A stretch of 64,000 nt of DNA from an uncultured Candidatus Saccharibacteria bacterium (GTDB taxonomy: Bacteria > Patescibacteriota > Doudnabacteria > UBA920), in the NCBI GenBank assembly GCA_964617815.1, contig CAZTXY010000002.1, positions 39,343 through 103,342 on the forward strand. The letters run 5' to 3'. The position numbers were made by a program, and so were the translations under genes. Shown here in pieces: positions 55,627 to 64,000 of the stretch. Within the stretch, counting starts at the first letter, position 1; each line of letters opens with the position of its first letter. The notes beneath the pieces were generated by a model. That model made no database searches. It saw nothing but the letters and a program-made list of their open reading frames with translations, and was not told the DNA's origin.

Positions 55627-56331
55627 ATGATACAGCTTTATACAGACATAATTTATCGCCCGCTACTAAACCTTTTAGTTTATTTTTATAATATTGTTCC
55701 AGGCCACGATATCGGTGTGGTTATTATACTTTTAACTGTAGTTATTCGGTTACTGTTATGGCCTCTTATGCACAGAACGTTGCAGAGTCAACATAAAATG
55801 ACTGCTCTCCAACCAAAGCTTAATGCCCTGCGTGATGAGCATAAAGATAACAAAGAAGCACAGGCCAAAGCTATGATGGAGTTGTATAAAGAGCATAAGA
55901 TAAATCCTCTGTCTTCTTGCTTGCCATTACTCCTTCAACTCCCACTTTTATTTGCTTTGTATCAGGTTTTTGATAAAGCCTTAAAAGGTAATCTGGATGG
56001 TTTGTATTCTTTTGTGGTCAGGCCAGAGTTTTTAAGCCCACTCTTTTTAAACTTAATCGATCTTTCAAAACCAAATATAATTTTTGCGATTTTGGCGGGG
56101 GCTTTGCAGTTTTGGCAATCAAAGATGATGCTTTCCAAAACGCCTTCAAACGACCCAACTGCAAAAGCCTTAGCAGTTCAAACTACTTATATTTTCCCGT
56201 TACTGAGCATTTTTATTGCCTGGAGATTACCAGCTGGACTTCCTCTTTATTGGATAGTTACAACAGTCTTTGCGATAGCTCAGCAATACTATATAATGAG
56301 GCGACAGAAAGAAGGCGTTATTATTGAATAG
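55627..56331 (+). CDS. yidC: YidC/Oxa1-family membrane protein insertase (short form, 234 aa)
   Basis: Conserved TM2-TM3 region and position in the rnpA-yidD-yidC-jag cluster. Confidence 0.8.
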   Translation: MIQLYTDIIYRPLLNLLVYFYNIVPGHDIGVVIILLTVVIRLLLWPLMHRTLQSQHKMTALQPKLNALRDEHKDNKEAQAKAMMELYKEHKINPLSSCLPLLLQLPLLFALYQVFDKALKGNLDGLYSFVVRPEFLSPLFLNLIDLSKPNIIFAILAGALQFWQSKMMLSKTPSNDPTAKALAVQTTYIFPLLSIFIAWRLPAGLPLYWIVTTVFAIAQQYYIMRRQKEGVIIE

Positions 56332-56337
56332 CAAGTT

Positions 56338-56796
56338 ATGGATATTACAGAAACAGTAAAAAAAATAATTGAAGACATGCTTTTACAGATGAGCATTTCT
56401 GCTACAGTGACCTTTGAACAAAGTGCTTCAAAAGGGCTAGTTTTTAATATCCAAAGCCCAGATTCCCAACTGTTGATTGGAAGGCAAGGTGCTAACCTAC
56501 ATGCCTTGCAAGGATTAGTTAGGCAAATTGCAGTTAAACAACTACAAAGCCCAGAGCCAGTATATTTTAGTGTAGACGTTGATGATTATAAAAGTAAAAG
56601 AGAGTGGTATTTAAAAGAAACTGCTAAAGCAGCAGTCCAGCAAATTAAACGCACAGGGCGAGGAGTAGCTTTGGAGCCTATGCCAAATTATGAGCGGCGC
56701 ATTATTCATGCTTACCTACAAGAAAATAGTCCAGATGTTTATACTGAGAGTACAGGTTTAGAGCCCGCTAGAAGAATAGTCATCAAATTAAAATAA
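56338..56796 (+). CDS. Jag/KhpB-like RNA-binding protein (KH plus R3H)
   Basis: C-terminal R3H-like motif YERRIIHAYL; position after yidC. Confidence 0.7.
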   Translation: MDITETVKKIIEDMLLQMSISATVTFEQSASKGLVFNIQSPDSQLLIGRQGANLHALQGLVRQIAVKQLQSPEPVYFSVDVDDYKSKREWYLKETAKAAVQQIKRTGRGVALEPMPNYERRIIHAYLQENSPDVYTESTGLEPARRIVIKLK

Positions 56797-56824
56797 TCCC
56801 GCCACGGCGGGATTATTTTAATTT
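56791..56824. terminator. Bidirectional intrinsic terminator (aatcccgcc acg gcgggatt) between jag and the PBP gene
   Basis: 8-9-bp perfect GC stem with A/T flanks. Confidence 0.8.
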
Positions 56825-59628
56825 ACATTGATAGTAATTTTTTGCGAGGTAGGACCATTTTCTGCCCGCGCATATACTTTATATTGCCCACTTTTTGGTT
56901 TAGTTTGCCAAGTGTAAGTATAAATATAAACGCCATCAATTTCTGCTTCGGTCGCTAGTCCTAAGTTTCGGACAACCACCCCACTTTGATAGTAAAAGGA
57001 TACTGAACTAAACTCTCCAGAACTTTCGGCTTGCAGATTAAGTGGGAAGCTAATAGTTTCTCCTACTGCAGGGCTAGTTAAACTTAGAGATTGATCTAAG
57101 GCAAAATTTATTTGAGTGCTTGTTTCGGAAGTTTTGCCAAAGTTATCAAGAAGCCTTGCTGTAATTGTATGTGGTCCATTCGAATATTTTTTATTTACTT
57201 GGATAGAGTACGGAGCTTTGGTTAGTGACTGGATAGGTTCGCCGTCAATAAATATATCTATTCGAGAAACAGTATCAGGGCTTGAAACACTTATATTAAT
57301 CGTCATTGGTAGTTGAGAGATGGTAGAGTTTTCTTGCGGCGAAATGATATCAATACTCCCAGCTCCACCAGGAGCAGGGTTTGGGTCATTGATAGAACTC
57401 CCATCTGGTGGATAGATATAACCGTTGGCTAGCGCCCATGCTCTTACTGGGTTTTCCCAAGCAGGATTATTTGGTCGTTCGCTGTGAATATTTGTAAAGA
57501 TATTAATGATAATATTTTCTGGCAATGTGTTTTCTGTTGCAGGTTGTCCAGTTTGGCTGTCCATACGCACTCCAACATGAATATCATCTTTTTGATTTGG
57601 GATTGCCCAGCTGGCAAAAACATCTTCACGCACCTCGCCACTATATTCTGTGGGGAGTTTACCAGAAAGCGTATCAACAGCAATTCGAGAAATGCCATCA
57701 GGTGCTTCAAATTTTTCCACCTCTTTGTCTTTAAGGGCTTCACGCATAAATGCATTCCAAATTGGGCCAGCAACTACAACTGCATCGGCTTTTAGAGATT
57801 GGCCGTTATTGTTTCCTGTCCAAACCCCAGCGGCTAGCGATGGTGTAAACCCTAAAGTCCAACCATCTTTAAAGTCGTTGGTGGTTCCAGTTTTCGCTGC
57901 AACTGGCCTGCCTGAAATTGTTAGAGGTGAATTACCGCCAAAGACATAGCTACGGGCTTGGTTGTCGCTCATAATGCTGGTCACTAAATATACTGCTTGT
58001 GGGTCAAGCACGCGTTGTTCATTTTGTTGGTACTCTTCTAAAGTTTTTCCCTGATTATCAATGACTTTCATAATCGGGGTTTTGTCATTTTTAGCTCCAC
58101 CATTAGCTAAAACGCTGTAGGCTGCTACGTGGTCTACAAGTTTTACTTCACAACCACCAAGAACTAAGGATAAACCGCAGTTTGCTAAGGGAGTGGTAAT
58201 TCCAAGACTATGCGCTGTCTCTGTGACATTTTCAACTCCGACTAAAGCTAAAGTTTTAACAGCAGGAATGTTTAAGCTTCCTGCTAACGCTTTACGCATA
58301 TTTACTGGACCAAATTCTCCACCAGAAAAATTGCGAGGAGTGTAGTTCCCAAAATTTGTGACAACGTCAAAAAGCGGACTGGCTGGACTGTAGCCATGTT
58401 CTTTACTAAAAGCCGTGACATAAGCGTAAGGTTTAAAACTACTTCCTGGTTGTCTTTGTGCTGTTGCGACATTGACTTGTGGTTCAAAGGTGCAGGTTTT
58501 CCCACTAATGCACCCAACGGGTTCTGAGTCGGCAAAGTAGTCTTTACTGCCAACCATGGCTAAAATTTGGCCAGTTTTTGGGTCTATGGCGACTAGGCCT
58601 GCATTATGGGCATTTTTGCTCAATGCTTTCTGTGCCCCTTCTCTAACTACGCGCTCTCCAATTTCTTGTAGACGTGGGTCGAGGGTTGTATAAACTTTCA
58701 GTCCACCTTCTTGAATAGCTTTTTCACCATATTTTTTAGCTAAGTAGTCTTGTACATAAAACACAAAATGAGGAGCAGTGATTTTATCTTTTGGTGCTTG
58801 AAAAACTATTTTCTCTTGCAGGGCTTCGTCTTGTTGCTGTTGGGTAATATAGCCTTGCTCTTTCATTAAACTAAGAATATGTTTTTGTCTAGATTCCAAC
58901 GCTTCTCTGTTTGGACCAAACGGATTGTAGTAAGTTGGAGCTTGAGGAAGGGCAGCCAAGTAAGCACTCTCTGCTAAAGTTAACTCGGAAGCATTTTTAT
59001 TAAAATAAGTTTGGCTAGCTGCTTGAATACCATAAGCATTGCGGCCATAAGGGATTTCGTTTAAGTAGAGTTTTAAAATATCATCTTTGGAAAAACGCGC
59101 TTCAATTTCCAATGATAAAATAATTTCTTTGAGTTTGCGAGAAAATCTTTTTTCTTTGGTCAGCACTGCATTTTTTACAAACTGCTGGGTGATAGTACTT
59201 CCACCTTGGCTTTTTGAACCAGTTAAGACATCAATAATAACAGATCTGGCAATGCCGGTTAGTGAAATTCCCCCATGTTTGTAAAAATCTTTATCTTCAA
59301 CAGCAATTGCTGCTTGTTGAGCAGTTTTAGGGATTTGATCTAGCGGAATAAGGGTTCGTTTAAATTCACCATGAACTTCGTAGAGTAATCCCCCATCTCG
59401 ATCAAAAATCTTTGTGGATTCTGCTACGCTTCTTTCAAGGAGTTTGTTTGGGTCCGGCAAGCTCGCACTGTAGTACATAAATAGCAAAGCTATAGCTAAG
59501 ACACCAGCTGTGGTGAGCCGAAAAAGCCAAGTTAGCGTAAATTTTCTTGTTAGCCAAGGAAATCTTTTTCTAAGCTTTCTTGCAAAAGATGACTGTTTCA
59601 TTTTTGTTGTATATTCGTAAATGCGCAT
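56818..59628 (-). CDS. Penicillin-binding protein 1A-type (class A PBP: transglycosylase plus transpeptidase) with about 200-aa C-terminal Ig-like extension
   Basis: N-terminal TM; GT51 motifs (EDKDFYKHGG, ITQQ); transpeptidase SSFK, SLN and KTGT motifs. Confidence 0.9.
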   Translation of the reverse strand: MRIYEYTTKMKQSSFARKLRKRFPWLTRKFTLTWLFRLTTAGVLAIALLFMYYSASLPDPNKLLERSVAESTKIFDRDGGLLYEVHGEFKRTLIPLDQIPKTAQQAAIAVEDKDFYKHGGISLTGIARSVIIDVLTGSKSQGGSTITQQFVKNAVLTKEKRFSRKLKEIILSLEIEARFSKDDILKLYLNEIPYGRNAYGIQAASQTYFNKNASELTLAESAYLAALPQAPTYYNPFGPNREALESRQKHILSLMKEQGYITQQQQDEALQEKIVFQAPKDKITAPHFVFYVQDYLAKKYGEKAIQEGGLKVYTTLDPRLQEIGERVVREGAQKALSKNAHNAGLVAIDPKTGQILAMVGSKDYFADSEPVGCISGKTCTFEPQVNVATAQRQPGSSFKPYAYVTAFSKEHGYSPASPLFDVVTNFGNYTPRNFSGGEFGPVNMRKALAGSLNIPAVKTLALVGVENVTETAHSLGITTPLANCGLSLVLGGCEVKLVDHVAAYSVLANGGAKNDKTPIMKVIDNQGKTLEEYQQNEQRVLDPQAVYLVTSIMSDNQARSYVFGGNSPLTISGRPVAAKTGTTNDFKDGWTLGFTPSLAAGVWTGNNNGQSLKADAVVVAGPIWNAFMREALKDKEVEKFEAPDGISRIAVDTLSGKLPTEYSGEVREDVFASWAIPNQKDDIHVGVRMDSQTGQPATENTLPENIIINIFTNIHSERPNNPAWENPVRAWALANGYIYPPDGSSINDPNPAPGGAGSIDIISPQENSTISQLPMTINISVSSPDTVSRIDIFIDGEPIQSLTKAPYSIQVNKKYSNGPHTITARLLDNFGKTSETSTQINFALDQSLSLTSPAVGETISFPLNLQAESSGEFSSVSFYYQSGVVVRNLGLATEAEIDGVYIYTYTWQTKPKSGQYKVYARAENGPTSQKITINVN

Positions 59629-59716
59629 ATCTATATTATACCTATTTTGTGGCGATTATGTAAGTATCGCATTTGCGCACAAAGTGTTACAGCTATTCGA
59701 AATAATCTTCAAATAT

Positions 59717-59725
59717 TGGTATACT
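59717..59725 (+). promoter_or_regulatory. Extended -10 (TGgTATACT) 6 nt upstream of the tyrS ATG (leaderless-type)
   Basis: TG at 59717-59718, TATACT at 59720-59725, ATG at 59732. Confidence 0.4.
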
Positions 59726-59731
59726 ATTTTC

Positions 59732-60916
59732 ATGAGTACATTATCTAAACAAACACAAATTCAAGAGTTGTTAACTCGTGGTACTGATGAGATTATTCAA
59801 AAGCCTCATCTTGAAGATGCTTTAAAAAGTGGTAAAAAGCTTCGGATTAAGTTGGGCATAGATCCAACTAGTCCCAATATTCACATTGGTCGGGCCGTAA
59901 TTTTGTGGAAGCTCCGCGCATTTCAAGAGCTTGGGCATCAAGTTGTCTTTATAGTGGGTGACTTTACAGGCCTGATTGGTGACACTTCTGACAAAGATGC
60001 CGAGCGTCCCATGCTTTCCGAAGTTCAGGTTAAGGCAAATTTAAAATCGTATTTTGCTCAAGCGTATAAAATTTTAGATAAATCCAAAACAGAAGCCCAT
60101 TATAATTCCAAATGGCTTAAGAAATTAGCTTTTGGAGAAATTGGAAAATTGGCAGATGCATTTGGTCTTCATGATTTTTCTTCGAGAGAGTTAATAAAAA
60201 AACGGATGGATGCAGGCAAGCGTGTTTCGGTTCGCGAATTATTATATCCTCTGATGCAAGGTTACGATAGTATCGCAATTAAAGCTGATGTTGAACTTGG
60301 AGGCACTGATCAGAGATATAATATGTTGGCCGGACGCATCCTACAACCTCTTTACGGACAAGAACCTCAAGATATTATGACTTTTTCTTTACTGGAAGGA
60401 ACAGACGGCCGTAAGATGTCTTCATCTTGGGGAAACGTAATTAATATTACAGATACTCCAGAGAATATGTTTGGTAAAGTAATGTCTCTCCAAGATGGTT
60501 TGATTGAAAAATATTTTATTTTAGCAACCCGTGTTCCACTAAACCAAATCAAAGATATTTTAAAATCAAATCAAAATCCACGGGATCAGAAACTGATTTT
60601 GGCTGAGCATTTAGTATCTTTGTACCATGGCCCAGCTTTAGCTGAAAAAGCCAAATCTGGATTCATTGCTCAATTTAGCAATAAGGAATTGCCACAAGAT
60701 ATCGAGGCCTTTACTTTAAAAGTAGGGTTGTACCCCCTTGCTGATTTATTGGTGCTAGTTAAATTAGCTAGTAGTAAGTCAGAGGCCAGAAGGCTAATTT
60801 CTCAGGGGGGTGTTAAGGTTAATCAGCAGACAGTATCAGATAAACCAATTCAAATAGAAAAGAAAAATGACTTAATTGTTCAAGTTGGCAAACGTAAATT
60901 TGTACGAATTAAATAG
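59732..60916 (+). CDS. tyrS: Tyrosyl-tRNA synthetase (with C-terminal S4 domain)
   Basis: HIGH region IDPTSPNIHIGRAV, KMSSS (KMSKS) motif, C-terminal S4-like SEARRLISQGGVKVNQ. Start taken at the internal ATG 59732; the ORF-track start at 59621 overlaps the divergent PBP gene. Confidence 0.85.
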   Translation: MSTLSKQTQIQELLTRGTDEIIQKPHLEDALKSGKKLRIKLGIDPTSPNIHIGRAVILWKLRAFQELGHQVVFIVGDFTGLIGDTSDKDAERPMLSEVQVKANLKSYFAQAYKILDKSKTEAHYNSKWLKKLAFGEIGKLADAFGLHDFSSRELIKKRMDAGKRVSVRELLYPLMQGYDSIAIKADVELGGTDQRYNMLAGRILQPLYGQEPQDIMTFSLLEGTDGRKMSSSWGNVINITDTPENMFGKVMSLQDGLIEKYFILATRVPLNQIKDILKSNQNPRDQKLILAEHLVSLYHGPALAEKAKSGFIAQFSNKELPQDIEAFTLKVGLYPLADLLVLVKLASSKSEARRLISQGGVKVNQQTVSDKPIQIEKKNDLIVQVGKRKFVRIK

Positions 60917-60940
60917 ATAGTTTAAAAAAATAGATAAAAC

Positions 60941-60972
60941 AAAAACCCTCGATTTGCATCGGGGGTTTTTGT
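60941..60972. terminator. Bidirectional intrinsic terminator (aaccctcgat ttgc atcgggggtt + T-run)
   Basis: Follows the tyrS stop (60914-60916) and the stop of the small acidic ORF on the other strand. Confidence 0.75.
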
Positions 60973-60979
60973 AAGTAGC

Positions 60980-61105
60980 TTATATAGCAGCTTCTTCGTC
61001 AGCTGGAGCAGCTGGAGCAGCTGTTTCTTCAGCGTCAGCAGCGTCGTCAGCTGGAGCAGTTGGGGTAACAACTTCTTCAGTTGTATCTGTGTCGTCCATG
61101 AACAT
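60980..61105 (-). CDS. Candidate small acidic peptide (41 aa, MFMDDTDTTEEVVTPTAPADDAADAEETAAPAAPADEEAAI) with strong SD
   Basis: AAGGAG lies 8 nt upstream of the ATG and a terminator lies immediately downstream. The alternative 87-aa L/Q-rich ORF in another frame (60922-61185) runs through the terminator stem and is less plausible. Confidence 0.35.
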   Translation of the reverse strand: MFMDDTDTTEEVVTPTAPADDAADAEETAAPAAPADEEAAI

Positions 61106-61121
61106 GTGATGTTCTCCTTGC

Positions 61122-61194
61122 TCACTATGTCGATCACATAGTGGCGATTATTGATAGTTAATAAATATGCAGTTCTTGAATTCAAGAACTGTAC
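61122..61194. promoter_or_regulatory. Two palindromes in the leader/promoter region of the small acidic ORF: cactatgt-cgatc-acatagtg (61122-61142) and cagttcttgaattcaagaactg (about 61167-61194)
   Basis: Both are perfect inverted repeats. The second lies just downstream of a candidate extended -10 (TGgTAGAAT) on the minus strand and just after the ruvC stop. Confidence 0.4.
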
Positions 61195-61233
61195 ATAGAT
61201 TCTACCATAGCTAGCTAAATTTGTCCAGCCCTG

Positions 61234-61716
61234 TTACAAAGTTTTTTGTAAAGCAGTGCAAAGCGCTATAGCGAGTGCATCAGCGGCATCATCAGGTTTT
61301 GGCACGGAGGTGAGCCCAAAAGTTTTTTTTATCATATACTGCACTTGTTTTTTGTCTGCTTTGCCGTAACCACAGATTCGGTTTTTGACTTCTAGGGGTG
61401 TAAATTCGAATATAGGGATTTTATTTTTTTCGCAGGTCACTAAAATTACGCCACGCGCTTGGCTAACAGTCATGGCAGTTTTTTGGTTTGTGGTAAAAAA
61501 GAGACGCTCAATGCCGACTCGCTGGGGCTTATATTTTTTAATCAAAGCCTCAATATCGGTGGCGATATCGAAGAGTCGAACCGCGTCGCTGTCCGATTTT
61601 TTAGTCGAAATAACCCCGTAATCCTTAATTATAAATTTTTGGGTATCTCCGAGTTTTGTTTCAATAACCCCATATCCTGTGGTCGCTGTTCCAGGGTCAA
61701 TGCCAAGTATTATCAT
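61234..61716 (-). CDS. ruvC: Crossover junction endodeoxyribonuclease RuvC
   Basis: MIILGIDPGTATTGYGVI N-terminus with catalytic Asp, RNase H-like fold motifs. Confidence 0.9.
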   Translation of the reverse strand: MIILGIDPGTATTGYGVIETKLGDTQKFIIKDYGVISTKKSDSDAVRLFDIATDIEALIKKYKPQRVGIERLFFTTNQKTAMTVSQARGVILVTCEKNKIPIFEFTPLEVKNRICGYGKADKKQVQYMIKKTFGLTSVPKPDDAADALAIALCTALQKTL

Positions 61717-61728
61717 AAAAATATTAAA

Positions 61729-62451
61729 TTAAAAATTCGCGTTTGTGTGCACAGAAATAACGTCTTCATCATTTTCAAGGTTGCTAAAAAGCTCTTCAAT
61801 TATAGGTTTTTGGGTTTCATTCAAGTCTACACCTTGACTGCTTTCTTTGATAATTTCCCCGCGCACTATTTTTGTCCCAGTTGCTTCAATGGCTTTTTGG
61901 ACTTTAGTGAGTTGTGTTGGTTCTGTATAAATGGCTAGTCCTTCGTCTGATTCAACAACGTCAGTTGCTCCTGCATCAATGGCAGTGAGTTCTAAAGCTT
62001 CTAAATCGCTATCGCCTCGTTCTACCAAGATTTCCCCTCGGGTTTGGAATTGCCAAGAGACAGAGCCCAGAGCCCCTAAGCTTCCCCCGGCTTTGGTCAA
62101 GAGTTTTTTTATATTTCCAACGGTGCGGTTAGTGTTGTCTGTGACTGCTTCAATAATAAATGCTGTGCTGAAAGGTCCGTAACCTTCATAAACTACTTCT
62201 TCGATAGTACCACCACCATCTTGTCCTAGTCCTTTTTTAATAGCACGGTCGATGTTGTCATTGGTAAAGCCGTGCGCTTTGGCCGCTTCAATTTCTGTGC
62301 GTAGTTTTAAGTTATGAGTTGGATCACCCGATCCCCCGTCTTTTACTGCAAGGCTAATTTTTTTGGACAACTTGGAAAACAGAACTCCTTTTTTGGCGTC
62401 CTTCGCTCCTTTGTCACGTTTAATTGTTGACCACTTACTGTGTCCACTCAT
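61729..62451 (-). CDS. yebC: YebC/PmpR-family transcriptional regulator
   Basis: MSGHSKWSTIKRDKGAKDAKKG N-terminus, canonical for the family; upstream of ruvC as in many bacteria. Confidence 0.9.
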   Translation of the reverse strand: MSGHSKWSTIKRDKGAKDAKKGVLFSKLSKKISLAVKDGGSGDPTHNLKLRTEIEAAKAHGFTNDNIDRAIKKGLGQDGGGTIEEVVYEGYGPFSTAFIIEAVTDNTNRTVGNIKKLLTKAGGSLGALGSVSWQFQTRGEILVERGDSDLEALELTAIDAGATDVVESDEGLAIYTEPTQLTKVQKAIEATGTKIVRGEIIKESSQGVDLNETQKPIIEELFSNLENDEDVISVHTNANF

Positions 62452-62481
62452 AGTCTTGTAATTTTACTGCGACCGCACTAT

Positions 62482-63258
62482 TTAATCAATCTTCTCCCAC
62501 ATGGCTTTGAAGTATTCGCGCATATTATAGGAAAGCGTCTCATCATAAATTTCAACTAGGTACTGAGGTTTGGTATTAGTGACCACCATGATAACATAGT
62601 CACCCGTGACCCAGACGCTACTGGTAAATGCATTGCTTCTATCCCAGAATTTAATCACTCTATGTGCGAACTCATTCTTTTCAGCAATAGCTTTTTCGAC
62701 TTCTGAGTCGTTAGTAATTAAGTGGACTTGATCAACCCCCCCCAGCTTTGGTTCTAGTTCGTGTCCTAGCCAGTTGATCCAAGCTTGGTATTGCTTGGTA
62801 AATCCTTGGTCTTGAAATCCCCAGGTGATGGAGTCGTATTTAGTTGTGCTTAGTTTCCACTTAGCCGCGTTGTCGTACAGGTACTGTTCGAGATTTGGCT
62901 CACTAATAAATGTAATTTTAGGGATAAAGAAATTAGTTTCTTTGGAAAGTTGTTGTAGTTCAGGAATGAGACGGTTTGCAATAACCTCTTTTTCTTCTAA
63001 GACCTTCTGCTCTTTTTTAATGGCGTTCTTGATGTCTGCAGGTGGCCGAGCTATGAGAAACGCATTTTCATTGCCTAAGTCCTCAGTGATTAAACCTTTC
63101 TCAATAAGTTCTTTAGCCACACTATACACCGTTGTGCGATTGATTTTGGTCAGCCTCGCAACTTGGGCAGGGGTTACTTTGCCTTGTTGCAATACAGCCA
63201 TATATACGGCACTTTCTTTAGTGCTTAAACCTAGTTGTGAGAGTAAATCTTGAATCAT
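62482..63258 (-). CDS. TrmB-family transcriptional regulator (paralog of 30229-30966)
   Basis: HTH LSTKESAVYMAVLQQGKVTPAQVARLTKINRTTVYSVAKELIEKGLI. Its TTGACT-17-TATAAT promoter has the -10 box 6 nt before the ATG. Confidence 0.7.
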   Translation of the reverse strand: MIQDLLSQLGLSTKESAVYMAVLQQGKVTPAQVARLTKINRTTVYSVAKELIEKGLITEDLGNENAFLIARPPADIKNAIKKEQKVLEEKEVIANRLIPELQQLSKETNFFIPKITFISEPNLEQYLYDNAAKWKLSTTKYDSITWGFQDQGFTKQYQAWINWLGHELEPKLGGVDQVHLITNDSEVEKAIAEKNEFAHRVIKFWDRSNAFTSSVWVTGDYVIMVVTNTKPQYLVEIYDETLSYNMREYFKAMWEKID

Positions 63259-63264
63259 ATGTAA

Positions 63265-63401
63265 ATTATAGCATGTTGTTGAAATTTAGTCAACAAGAAT
63301 ATAGGGCTTATTTAAGATATATATACACTTTATCGTTGAAGTAGTATTGACAAATAGCCGATTTTAAGGTATAGTTATGAATCAAAGTAAAGCACTTTGA
63401 T
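63265..63401. promoter_or_regulatory. Divergent promoter region: TrmB promoter (minus) and cargo promoter TTGACA-17-TATAGT (plus) followed by palindrome atcaaagt-aaagc-actttgat
   Basis: Plus -35 at 63347-63352, -10 at 63370-63375, palindrome at 63381-63401. Shares TATTGAC..., ...TTATGAATCAAA and AAAGCCTTAGGAGGCAAAATG blocks with the 31081-31186 region. Confidence 0.5.
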
Positions 63402-63488
63402 ATGGCCCGTGCAGTCGCCCATTCTGGGAAAATGCATCTGGAACAGTGGCTCCAGTAAGAAGCTACTATAAAAGCCTTAGGAGGCAAA

Positions 63489-64000
63489 ATGTTTAAGTTC
63501 ATGCTAGTTGTCGTTGTCATCATTCTCAGTGCCTCCTTTGAGGCACAGGCGCAGGGCACGACTTCCCCAACCGTCACTGGTTGGATGGATGTCGAAGGAT
63601 CGACTCGAGCCGGGAATGAGTCTGGGCAGGTTCTCGGACTCGTGAACATCGAGTGTGGAAAAGTTGATGCTTTCATCTGGGCGCAATCCGGCCCAGGATT
63701 CCATCAATTATACGCTGGCCCTTCGGTCAGTGTGAAGCCTTGGCTCTCCGTCAGCGTTGGGGCCGGCGTGCAGAGAGTTGGTGACAAGGTTAATCCTAGA
63801 GTGGGAGGATCCGTTTGGGTCGGCAAGGACCGCGTCAGCAATCTCCTACTTTGGGAAGCCGCGGGCTCCGGCCCGTGGTATAAAAACCAAACAAGTGTTA
63901 GGTTTTCCAAGGGAGTTACTGGATCGTTGGTCGTCCAGCGGTTCGCGGGAATAGGGCCTGAGATTCAGGTCATGATCCCTAAGACTTCCTTCTCGGTTCG
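63489..64000 (+). CDS. Secreted beta-rich protein with signal peptide, truncated at the window end, in a G+C-rich cassette with strong SD
   Basis: Manual translation MFKFMLVVVVIILSASFEAQAQGTTSPTVTGWMDVEGSTRAGNESG... stays open to the window end. AGGAGG lies 5 nt before the ATG. Minus-strand ORFs 63308-63910 are antisense artefacts. Confidence 0.5.
   Translation, partial: MFKFMLVVVVIILSASFEAQAQGTTSPTVTGWMDVEGSTRAGNESGQVLGLVNIECGKVDAFIWAQSGPGFHQLYAGPSVSVKPWLSVSVGAGVQRVGDKVNPRVGGSVWVGKDRVSNLLLWEAAGSGPWYKNQTSVRFSKGVTGSLVVQRFAGIGPEIQVMIPKTSFSV

Noticed and set aside
60922-61185. 87-aa Leu/Gln-rich minus-strand ORF.
   Set aside because: It reads through the tyrS terminator stem and starts inside a perfect palindrome. 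The low-complexity LLQL repeats derive from the gctggagcag repeat. The alternative 41-aa SD-bearing frame is more plausible, though itself low confidence.
63308-63954. ORFs 63308-63676 (-), 63504-63707 (-), 63704-63910 (-) and 63757-63954 (+).
   Set aside because: Off-frame or antisense to the G+C-rich signal-peptide CDS starting at 63489, which has a proper promoter and SD.
1-64000. tRNA, rRNA, CRISPR, transposase/integrase and alternative genetic code (UGA recoding).
   Set aside because: No T-loop/acceptor-like tRNA signatures or rRNA-like conserved blocks were found by eye. No spaced direct-repeat arrays. No ORF with DDE/tyrosine-recombinase motifs. Long housekeeping ORFs (rpoC 1317 aa, rpoB 1164 aa, polA 922 aa) are intact under the standard code, arguing against UGA reassignment.

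Overview
The window is AT-rich, gene-dense core chromosome from a small-genome bacterium, read under the standard genetic code; long housekeeping ORFs are intact. Gene content and architecture look monoderm/Patescibacteria-like (short YidC and TsaB, FemAB, VanW, PBP1A, ECF sigma with DUF5667/DUF5666, many TrmB-family regulators), but this is an inference. The window includes the replication-origin neighbourhood: recF, dnaN and dnaA on the minus strand, diverging from rpmH-rnpA-yidD-yidC-jag on the plus strand, with DnaA-box-like 9-mers in the dnaN-dnaA spacer. Other core genes present are rpoB-rpoC, valS, tyrS, polA, uvrB, rpsT, ruvA, ruvB, ruvC-yebC, tsaD, tsaB, tsaE, a Mur ligase, PBP1A, a DEAD-box helicase, two ABC systems and a PilB/GspE ATPase. 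I found no rRNA or tRNA genes, no CRISPR array, and no transposase or integrase. Most operons end in clean, often perfectly palindromic bidirectional intrinsic terminators. Many genes start 6-8 nt after a TATAAT-like -10 box, i.e. apparently leaderless. Against that background three short, visibly G+C-richer cassettes each carry a consensus sigma70 promoter and a strong GGAGG Shine-Dalgarno: a ClpP-family protease at 1182-1706, a 127-aa ORF at 31184-31567, and a 5'-partial signal-peptide protein from 63489. Two of them sit divergently beside paralogous TrmB-like regulators and share promoter and leader sequence. The most interesting loci are these duplicated TrmB/high-GC modules, an island with a RhuM-Doc (Fic) protein, a membrane-anchored ClpB-like chaperone with a degenerate first ATPase domain, a G+C-rich structured leader upstream of valS, a heptanucleotide repeat inside tsaD, and an intrinsic-terminator-like hairpin in the DEAD-box helicase leader.
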